Positions 53,321 to 64,000 of a stretch of 64,000 nt of DNA are shown one piece after another. Positions within the stretch are counted from its first letter, which is position 1, and each line of letters begins with the position of its first letter. The position numbers and the translations under genes are program-made. This DNA is from Octopus vulgaris (taxonomy: Eukaryota). The notes beneath the pieces were generated by a model, which was given only the letters and a program-made list of their open reading frames with translations, had not been told where the DNA came from and searched no databases. The stretch is taken from NCBI GenBank assembly GCA_951406725.2, contig OX597820.1:50592001-50656000 (forward strand), in the 5' to 3' direction.

Positions 53321-56300
53321 GCAAAAAAATCAGAAATAGAAATAGAACATCTAAAAGAAAAAATACATCAGGAAAATGTAGATAGAAGCCACACAACAAT
53401 GCCCAATAATATAAAAACTGAAACAGTAAAACACGAAGACAAACGTAACATTCCCAACAAACACGATGTAAACAAAAAACAACAAACCCAGACCGTAAGG
53501 ATGCATAATAATACACGACAAACAGCAAGCCAAAACACGACAAACAAACATACAAATAAGAAAGAAAGTGACACAAATCTAAAACCTGGAAACAACGAAG
53601 GAGAGCCTAATGATTATGATAATATAAAAAGTAGATTAATCAAAGAACTGAAAACCACAGAGCTCAAAATGGACCAGCGACCATACCTCCCAAAAATCAA
53701 AATAGACGAAAAAACAACACCAATTATAAACAGCATAAACCTAGCCGTCACGGAACTAATAGCCACTGAAACAAAAAGCGATATCACTGAGCTAAATGAC
53801 TTAGTATACGCAGCAGCCATAAGAGAAGCTGGATACTCACTCAAACCCGTCCAAACAGGAGTACCACCGCCCAAACAAACCCTGTGGATAAATAACATCC
53901 AAAACAAAATACAAAAAATGAGAGAAGATCTGTCGATTCTTAATGAAATCAGTAGACAATCAACGCTACTGAGCAATAAAAAGAAAACAAAAATACTCCG
54001 CAAATATAACATCACAGAAAAAGATTTACCTGAGATAAAAGAAAACCTGAAGCAAGATATCCTTGCCAAAGCACAAGGATCCGCCGGTACGAGAAACGCC
54101 ATCGCTTCTTTGAACAAAACAAAAAGTTCAACTCCAACCCCAAAAAAGTTCTACCAAGAACTTGGCAAAAATAAAATAGAAATCACTGCAGTACCAACGG
54201 CAGAAGAAGTGGAAGAATACTGGAGAGAAATTTGGTCGGCGAACGAACAACCAAAAAAAAAGGAGTATTAAAACAACAAACTCAGCATCTGAGCAACATT
54301 GGACCCCCATAACAACTGAAGAGGTCACCCAGGCACTGCAGAGACTAAGCAACTGGAAGGCACCTGGGCATGACAAGATCCCCAACTTCTGGTTAAAATA
54401 TCTAACAGGAATGCACAAAAAGCTGGCTGAAAATTTTAACAACATACTGGCAGAGACAGAGACAATGCCTGAATGGCTCACGAAGAGGAAAACCATTTTA
54501 ATACCCAAACCAAATGAGACAGCAAAGCCAGAAAACTACAGACCTATAACCTGTCTCCCTACAATTTACAAGGCATTTACTGCAGTGATATCGCAAAGGT
54601 TGAACAAGCACCTGGACGAAAACAAACCTGTTTCCAGAGGAGCAGAAAGGATGCCGCAAAGGCTCATATGGCTGTAAAGATCAACTAATGATTAATAAAG
54701 CCATAACTGAAGACAGCCACAGAAAGAAGAAAGGCCTCAGTATGACCTGGATCGACTACAAAAAGGCGTTTGATAGCATCCCCCACACATGGATCCTCGA
54801 AACACTAGCCATTAACAAAGTAGCACCAACAATTATAAAATTCATAGAACGCTCTATGAATAAATGGCAAACAGTGCTACAGCTCCAAACAAAAGAGGGA
54901 CTCATAAAACAACCAAAGACATCCCCATTAGAAGAGGAATATTCCAGGGAGACACGCTCTCTCCATTCCTTTTCTGCTTGGCACTGTCACATCTATCTGA
55001 TATGCTAAATAGAACTGGATGCGGATATAAATGTTACGGCAAAACGATCAGCCACCTTTTATATATGGATGACCTAAAACTATACGCTGCAAATGACAAA
55101 CAGCTGGAAACACTATTAAAGACAGTTCATGGATTTACCAAAGAAATAGATATGAAATTTGGATTAGAAAAATGCACCAAAGTAATCATGAAAAGAGGAA
55201 AACTAGTTAAGAGTAGCAACATCACACTAGATAAAACCAATGAAATAAAAGAATTAGACCAAAGCCAAACTTACACATACTTAGGAATCTATGAACTAGA
55301 TAAGACACAACACACACAAATCAAAGAGAAAATAAAAAAAGAATATTATAGTCGAGTTAGGTCAATACTAAAAACAGAGCTCAAGTATTAACACTTTAGC
55401 TGTCCCAGTTATAAATTACAGCTACAATATCCTTAACTGGACACTAAATGAACTGACCAAAATAGATAGGAAAACAAGAAAAATAATGACAGGATCTAGG
55501 ATGCATCACCCCAAATCTGACATAGAAAGACTATAGATACAACGTATAGAAGGTGGTAGAGGCCTTATACAGCTGGAAAACTACTATAAAATAACCACCA
55601 TAGGACTGCAAAAATATCTACTTCTGAAGGAAGGAAAACTGATACAAATAGCGGCAAAACACCAACAAAACAAAAAACTGTTCTCAGTATTTAAGGAAGC
55701 TGACAAATAGAAACAAGAAATCATACCACCTAACAAATATGAAGAAGAAGAAGTAGATGAAGAAACAACAAAAGCTATAAAACAAATGAAACCCAAACTA
55801 AAACTAGAACAGCAAAGAACCATGATAAAACGATGGCAAGAAAAGCCCATTCATGGTAAATACTGGACTAAACTAAATGCAACAGAAATAGACAAAGAAA
55901 AATCCCAGCAACGGTTGAGAAGCTCAGGACTCAAATCAGAGACAGAGGGATTTTTAATTGCAGCACAAGACCAAAGCCTCCCCACCAGAAATTACCAAAA
56001 ACATGTAATGAATAGAAATATAACAAGTAACTGCAGAATATCTGAAGATGGACAAGAAACAACAAATCGTATTATCTCTAGCTGCCCAGTCCTGGCTAAG
56101 AAGGAATATATTCACAGACATGACAGAGTTGGAACCTACATACAATGGAAACTATGCCAACATTATGGAATAACAACTGAAAAAAGATGGTATAGTCACA
56201 CACCAGAAAAAGGTCACAGAAAACGAGAAAGCAACCATACTCTGGGATATGCCGATACACACAGATAGAGAAATTAAGGCCAACAGACCAGATATAGTTG

Positions 56301-56602
56301 TCAGAGATCATGAAGAAAAAAAATGCTTTCTAATTGATGTATCAATACCGGCAGATGACAACGTGTCTCTAAAAGAAATGGAGAAACTTTCAAAATACAA
56401 AGACCTGGAAATAGAGGTAACCAGAATGTGGAATCTAAAACCAGAAACAATTCCTATCATAGTAGGTGCATTAGGCATGATAAAAAAATGTTCAGACAAA
56501 TACATAACAAAAACACCAGGACTTACAAATACATATAACATACAGAAAATTTCACTACTAGGCACTGCACACATCCTACGCAGAACACTTTCCATACAAT
56601 AA
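53321..56602 (+). pseudogene. Frameshifted single ORF: reverse transcriptase, CCHC finger and restriction-like endonuclease
   Basis: KAPGHDKIPNFW, NYRPITCLPT, WIDYKKAFDSIPH, GIFQGDTLSP, LLYMDDLKLY, GGRGL, RHDRVG and RPDIVV..IDVSIP, spread over several frames with stops. Confidence 0.93.
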
Positions 56603-56702
56603 CCATCAGAGCATCACAACAAATCACAGCACATACCCAAGGCACACAGAGCTGCGCTCGGTAGTGAAGTGAAAGCACACTATCAAAATAAAACTACTGA
56701 AT
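53321..56702 (+). mobile_element. R4/Dong-like RLE LINE family 1, 3.4-kb 5'-truncated copy between (AAT)n tracts
   Basis: (AAT)n at 53161-53320 and 56703-56779; 3' UTR shared with the two minus-strand copies. Confidence 0.95.
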
Positions 56703-56703
56703 G

Positions 56704-56781
<78 letters not shown>

Positions 56782-56999
56782 CGAAGAATAAGAAGGGGCG
56801 AATAAGAAAATAAAAGAAGAGAGAAAATGGATAAGGAACAATACAAAAACAGAAACCAGCATTCCAGCTACTCTTATAATATTGTTATAAAAATATTAAG
56901 GGTTTAATATGCAAATATATTCCAGCTTGAGCACGTTAAATCTCTCACGTTTACTGTCACTAGGTGAGATTTCAATCCATTTAACACCTCTTGCTTTTC

Positions 57000-58120
57000 A
57001 AGAACTACGGATAAAAGTACAGTTGATATCCTTGCAACTGAAATCCTTTTCCGTCTCAAAGAATCTGCTAGATATAAATCTGCAAAGCATCTGATAGACA
57101 CAAATCATACCTCACTACACAAACAGTAGCAACTGTATGTTATATTTTACTTGCTGCTTCCCAGAAATAAGTTCCACAACAGCCTGTTAAATAATGCCTG
57201 ATATCATCCTCTGTCACCTATCAAATATAGAGAACGCAAAAATACTCATAGAAATTCTGAAGAAAATTAACGAACTCTACATGGTGAAGATAACCGAGTA
57301 ATCAGATCGCCATACATTCATAGAAGAGCACTTATATCGATATCCACATATCATATCCGACATGTAACAAGTAAAATATAAACACGATTACGCGCATGAA
57401 TTTGCCAAATGTAAAAGAAAGCCCATGACAACGTGAAACTGTGCTGTCATGCAAAACTCTAACGAAATAAAAATAAATATAAAAAAATATCAAAAACTAA
57501 ACAAGTATCAACAAGTATAAATAAATATTTAAAGAAACAAACTTCAAAAATAGCAAAACCTGTAAAAGCCTGTACACCAAATTTCCTCAAAATTAAGTTG
57601 AGAAAGTATATACAATATTTAGAAGTAAGTATAAAAACAACGATTTCATCAATACGAATGAGACATACGAATTCCAGATAATATACTTATAAATTAATAC
57701 GAAGCAGGCATTTTTTCAGGAATTTGTTGAAAGCAATCTACCAAAACTCACATATAGAAATGGAGCAAAAATATAGAGGCACATAGCGGGAGCACTGTTT
57801 TGAATTTGTCATTCTATGAGACACACAAAGGTAATATCGAATGTAAAAGCCTCACAAACTCAAGACCAAACAATTAAGTCACGACTCCTTATGAGAGGTC
57901 CTCACACGATAAATAACGCAGTATTTTGTGTTCTAATACAATGTCCACGTTGCGATGGACACAATTTTACATTCTAGACACTCAATGAACAACTCTATCT
58001 GCAATGCTAAATGGTATAAGCTGTTTCTCATCAGAAAACTGCCGGCCAAATGTAGGTCAGACAAGATTGACACAAAGGCTTCACTTGCTTGGAAGGTATA
58101 ATCAAGAACACCAACACAAC
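57000..58120 (+). mobile_element. Possible Penelope-like relic ending in a GIY-YIG region
   Basis: QCPRC (~57939) then GISCFSSENCRPNVGQTRLTQRL (58013-58081) resembles IYCIxCxxCxxxYVGQTxxLxxR. The 5' boundary is uncertain. Confidence 0.4.
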
Positions 58121-58121
58121 T

Positions 58122-58122
58122 T

Positions 58123-58213
<91 letters not shown>

Positions 58214-58353
58214 ATTACTAATTGCTAATGAAGAACATTCAGCTACAAAATATGGTTCACCTGAGCCTCATTGCAATTCTGCTGATGAAAAGTAGTAGCA
58301 TTGTTTACGGTTTTGATAACAGTGATAGTAGTAGTAGTGGTAGCAGTAGCAGC

Positions 58354-58387
<34 letters not shown>

Positions 58388-58445
58388 GCAGCAGCAGCAG
58401 CAGCAGGAGGAGAAACAACAACAATAACGGCAGCAATAACAGCAG
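58122..58445. repeat. (TAC)n/(AAT)n and (AAC)n/(AGC)n microsatellites
   Basis: Directly visible. Confidence 0.9.
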
Positions 58446-59039
58446 CTGTATTAGTGATAATAGTATTATTGTAAGCATTAGTGATAGCGTTCTTAAGGTT
58501 TTGTTTTCGATGGCACTTGTTAAACAATAATTGCAACTTCGATAAACAAGTGTAATTCAAAAATTAAGACAAACGACAAACATTCAGTTACTTAGGATTT
58601 AATGAGTTTGATAGTGTAACTCTCTCGCATACAGATAAAAACACACATAAACGAACTATTTAGTGAAATACTTAGCATTCCCAATATAAAATTTAATATG
58701 TTGAAGATGTTATCTAAAACACTGTATTACATTTTTAAAATGAAACAATTTTAAAACGCGTTTTTGAACTTCAATGCAAGATCCTACTACACCAAAGTCC
58801 CTCATATACGTAACCGTTAGAGTATTTTAGAATTTCTATTTTCATATTAACAAATTCTGCATTATGTTACTAAGTTTAAAATGGATTCAGTCACTTACAT
58901 TCAAGATATTCAGAAATCGTACTACTTTCCCTAGAAAATAATAGTTGGTTCTTTTCACCATGCTAAAACAAAAGAGAAAGCAATTGCTGTTTTATACATT
59001 TCTATGAAATAGTATTATGAATCAGCAACTGAACTTATA

Positions 59040-60283
59040 CGAGGGTCACCTGAATAGGCTGTCCAAGATACAATTATGAAATGTGGCTATTTCAACCTTG
59101 TGGGCCACACCATTCTTTTATGGGTGTTGCAGTGCTTGGATCACATTGATTAAAAAGCTTTCGCCTTGTTGGTCAAAAGAGCCATCAACAGTAGATGTAA
59201 CGTAATCGTTACAGCAATATTGGTTTTCAGCGAAGTGTTCTTTCATGCTGGGACATAGATGTTAGTCAGATGGGGCCAAATCAGGAGTATAGGGAAGTTG
59301 ATCAACCAGTTCAAAGTAACAGCCCTGCACAGTAGCCATCGAAACCGAGGACTTGTGTGCTGGAGCATGTACTGATGAAGCAAGACCATATTCGTAAGTT
59401 TTCCTTTGGTTTTGTTCTTGATAGCCTTCCCCGGCAAGTTGGCATAGCACTCTCCATTAATGGTGTGACTCTTTTGAACATAATCAATAAACACAATGCC
59501 TTTTGCATCCCCACAAATTTTTGAGGCCATCACCTTCCTTACACATGAAACGACCATGGGCGTCTTTGGAACCGGAGAATAGGGGGAGGGTTCATTCCAC
59601 TGATCATGTAATTGTCTTTGGCTCAAAGTGATGAAGCCAACACTCAGCTTGGCTTAGCAAATTTTCTAGAAACCCAGCTGGATCTGCCTCAAACAATGTT
59701 AGAGTTACCTGTAATGTGCACTTCTGATCAGGTGTCAGAAGACATGGCTCCTATTGAGCAGAGACGCGTGTTATGCCTAGTAGCTTGTGCGGAATATTCT
59801 CAACATACTCAAGGAATATGCTAATATCATATACTTTCTGATTTATAGTTAATCGCCTGCCATCCATCAGCTTGTGGTGAACACGCTCAATTTCCCTCGG
59901 TGGTGGCAGTTGCTGTACGTTCAACACATGAGTAATATTGAAGACTTTTGATTCCCCTCCTAAATGCACCTTCCCATATTTGCCTCTTGATAAAGCTGGA
60001 GTGTAATCGCCTAATGTAGTATCCATATTAGCATGAATGTGGCGAGTTAAACCCTTTTTCTGCGAGTACTAGTTCACATTATGATGCCACATGTTGTCCT
60101 TTCTAAGAGAAGTTGCTACTAATCGTATTTGAAGTTCTCTTTCAACAGGGAATTTTTCAGTCTACATAGAAAGAAATAGTGTAGTTATTAATAAGTAGTG
60201 TTGAAATTAATTCATTCAAGATTCCACAGCTCTAGCATCCATCGTTCATATATTGAGGCTATGAACGTTTTAAACGAACCTCT
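59040..60283 (-). mobile_element. Degenerate near-full-length mariner (~1.24 kb)
   Basis: Minus-strand motifs DGRRLTINQ, KVMAS..DAKGIVFIDY..TINGECYANL, APAHKS and PYTPDLAPSD. Decayed TIRs (TA|cgagggtc; gaacctct|TA). Confidence 0.85.
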
Positions 60284-63200
60284 TAAGTCGTCAATTGACG
60301 TACGAAGAATAGCAGGCCAGACCCTCCACGCTATTAACTACTGTCAGTAGATGGAATATTATCATAACAGTAAAAACTTTATTGCTCAGATGTTTTCCCT
60401 TTCAATACTATCTGGGAGCTAAGAAATAACAACAACAATTACATCCGAAGTACCATTTCAAAAGCTTGGTAGTTAACCTAGATTGTTATCTATCTTTTTG
60501 TAATGTAAAATATATCACATCCAAAATGTACTTGATATTAAAAAAAGATATTTTTGTATAGCCTTCTCTATCATCCCAGTATATATTTACTTAACTGCAC
60601 TCAGCTTTTCGATACACTCACAAAAGTTACATTGACTATGTTGTAGCTGTATTCTAATACGATTTCTTGAACACTATAACATAGCTGCCACTTAAATAAT
60701 CCCGCTGAAAAACTGCACTTTCCTCTTTTATTAGAAAGGGAATATTGAACCGCGAATATTACTGACAGGGTTAAATAGTGGTATTCCAGCCACACCAAAT
60801 CAGCAACGCCATAAATATTTTTTTATAAATCGGAAACCTTTTTTGGCGGGTTATACACCAATAACAATAAGGGAAGAAGAATACAATCTGTCATGCTTCG
60901 ATCAATTCCACATTGTTCACATGATGTGAATACCAATATAAACATAAATTTATTCATAAATACAATAGGTATTGGAGAAATTGAAATACTTCCAAACTAC
61001 CACACTACGCAGCATATCATAAAACACTATACCTCAAATACTCAGCATACTAATATAGTAAGAGCACTATATATTTCCTTTATTACAATCAAGTGGTTTG
61101 CACAACTACCTACGTGCTACTTATCTCTTCAATCAAGGTAGCATACTGTTGTACAAGAATAATTAAATCTCGGTAGCTGAAAACGTCAAAGTGTCATGGC
61201 GCCAAACATCGCAATCAGCACAACCCCAACGGAAATAAAACAAACAGAAGCACACTGACAATATAATACAACTGCTTGATATTACATACTTACTCTCTAT
61301 GATATATAATATAACAGAAGTTGTAACGTTAACAAAATTATATAGAAATCTAAAAGCTGCGAGAAGCGATCTGATTAAGTCATAACAAGGCATACATAAC
61401 ATAAACGATATTGAATAAGTTATATCCAAAATTATATCAATCTAATATGATTTCCGAAGCTCTCCACACAAATAAATAACAAGTTAAAAAGACGCAATAT
61501 TGCACGTAACATCGGATTTTGCAGAGAACCTTTCTCCAACTATTCTCCGACAATTCGTCATCAGATGCTTTAATGAATTAGGTTAAATCAACTGCGTCAA
61601 CCTCACTTGTGATATTGTGAATTCTTTTTCATATTGTTTTAATGGTAATTACATTTTGATTTGAGAAAAGATACAGGATTGCACGGAATACCTTGTATTA
61701 TTTAGGTTTCTCCTTAATATAGCGATGCGATTATATAGTTTTTATTTCCCACAATTCAGTGCTTAAACTATGGGAGCACAACTAATTTGCACCTCTAATC
61801 ATCACTACTATCTCAATTTACAGATTATTGGCCCCACTTGAAAGTAACACAACTTCTTTTACGTTTTTAACAGATATCTGGTGCTTCAGGCTTGATTTTT
61901 ACTGTAAAAATTAGAACAGCTGTGTACAGTGTAGTATTATTTTTGATGATTTGCTTACTGATAATCTGTTCTTTGTTTAGTCTATTATCAAATTATATAT
62001 AGGTAATTTCGTTCAGCTGTGTGAGTTTTGGGAGAGTACACGGTCGTTAGGGAATGTCTGAAAACGTTTATATTTTCTTTGTTTTTGCTCTCTTCGCAAT
62101 CAGTGCACAAATAATTGAACTGCTTCTCCTCTCAATTGCCAGATGTTGCTTATTTCAAATCGGAGGTCATTATATGAACACAAATAACAGAGGCAAAAAT
62201 CAAAACAAAGAAACCAGAATAGAAAATAATAGCGAAAAGGAAAATTATACAGAAAACGAACAATCTTGTTCAACTTCAGTTGTTATGTATAAAAAAAATA
62301 TATATAGCAAAATCAAAATAGCAAGAGATTGAATCATTCCACTAAAACAAAATGAGATTTTCACAGACGTTTACAAACAAAATTTTCAGTGGTTAGCGCA
62401 AGTGTGAAAGAGACTTATTTAATTTGAGCACCTCATAATATTTTTTTCTCAAAAGTACATTGGGTAAATGCATGACATGGAGGGGTGCGTTTGAAAGATG
62501 AGTATCCAAATAAATGACATCAAATTACTGAATTATGTGTGAATACCATCATCAGGAAAGTATTTCTTGTTTGTTTAAGTATACAGGACACGTATAATGG
62601 AAAATTTCAGTCTGTCCCTGGCGTCGAAATGATGAATAAAGAAAATTACTACATCGAAATTAACCCTTAGAACATGGCAGTACAATCAGATAAAGAAAAA
62701 TGAAACCCTCATTAAGCACAATTTGTTTGTTTGTTCAAGGATTTGTAAATTTATATGGAGTAGCTATTTCACTCTGTATGACGTGGTCAGTGTATCAAAA
62801 TATAAATTATAGACAGTTTCATAATTACTCCTGCACTATTTTCCGGTTTTTCTTTTTCCTCGATATGATAAATAACTTTTCGTTTCAAATTTACATTTTA
62901 CATGAATCTAATTATTCTTGGAATTCGAAATGTATACCATAAAATGTGTACATTGACCAGAAACTCAACGGTTTGTATTTTGTATAATACTGCAAGTCTA
63001 CACTTGTCTCTAACGTTATTCATCGCCTTCTGTTTTCCTTGTATTACAAATTTTCACAGTAAGTATGTTTTCTCTTCGATTGTCTTTTAGTCTCCCAGTA
63101 TTGTCTCTTGGTGGGTTTATCCGCAGGTAAATGACCTATAATTTTACTAATATACCAGTTATATGCCATATAACTGTTTTTTATTAGTACCACCGCCCAC

Positions 63201-63670
63201 TGGTTTGTTTATCGCCGTTCTAATAGAATTATATTTTCAAATCTCTGTGAACTGATATCAAATATATTCTAGGTTTTAGGTTGCGTGTTTTGAAGTGATA
63301 AGCTATGAGTTGCAATTAATTTTGAAAGAAATTGTAGCTCTTTGCTGGGACAGTTGCGAAAATATCATAGTATTAGAGATAAATAATTGTTTAAAATATC
63401 GTTTGAAATAAAAAAAAATACTTAATATATAAATAATGTAAGATGAGTTACTTAGATTATAGATCGAACAATTTTATTTTCTTAAATTGAATAGAACAAC
63501 AAATTGACATTAACAAATTATGTGACGCTGTCAACAACAAATAATAAATAATGTTATACATAAAATATTAAAATTTCGCCGATATCCAAGAAACCTAGGC
63601 TATACCTCAAAACGATAACATCGGTATTCTGAAAAATATCGCTTTTACGGGAATAGTTTCAGAAGTGAAA

Positions 63671-63826
63671 TCATGGTGTAGCTGTGTAGTAAGAAGTTCG
63701 CTTCTCACCCACAAGATTCTGGGTTCCATTCCACTGTATGGCACCTTGAGCAAGTGTCTTCTACTATAGACTCGTACTGGCCAAATTCTTGTGCGCAGAT
63801 TTGGTCGACGGAAACTGGAGGTCTGT

Positions 63827-63912
<86 letters not shown>

Positions 63913-64000
63913 ATGTGTGTGTGTGTATATGCGTGTGTGTGCGTGTGTCTGTGTGTGTAACTTTTCACTTTGCATTTATCTCCCATCACCATTTGGCGAC
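63671..64000 (+). mobile_element. SINE family C, running off the window end
   Basis: gtagctgtgtagtaagaag...gggttccattccactgtatggcaccttgagcaagtgtcttctactatag plus internal (TA)n(TG)n. Confidence 0.85.

Noticed and set aside
53129-54271. 380-aa ORF with a long poly-N tract
   Set aside because: The ATG lies in the family 2 3' UTR, poly-N is the target microsatellite, and the rest is a frameshifted family 1 LINE ORF.

Overview
This is AT-rich eukaryotic (animal) genomic DNA, intergenic or intronic, packed with microsatellites and transposable elements. The SINE families and repeat landscape look like Octopus (cephalopod); that is pattern recognition, not a database result. I found no intact host gene, RNA gene or CRISPR array, and most listed ORFs are translated microsatellites or TE fragments. 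Main contents: (1) R4/Dong-like non-LTR retrotransposons with RT, CCHC finger and restriction-like endonuclease (RLE). There are two families, and the younger copies all abut (TAA)n tracts, including a head-to-tail stack at 50.8-56.8 kb. (2) A ~555-bp non-coding element also sitting in (TAA)n, with three copies, one fused to a LINE 3' end. (3) Five Tc1/mariner relics, including a full-length 1292-bp copy nested inside an older mariner. (4) Several tRNA-derived SINE families, including a head-to-tail array. (5) Degenerate Tx1/L1-, RTE-, CR1/L2- and Penelope-like fragments and small MITEs. Most notable observations: the TAA-associated non-autonomous element and its LINE chimera, two perfect local templated copies (129 and 60 bp) of a decayed mariner joined to SINEs at microhomologies, and the SINE tandem array with a recurring spacer. 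SINE and LINE family labels (A-D, 1-2) are my own.
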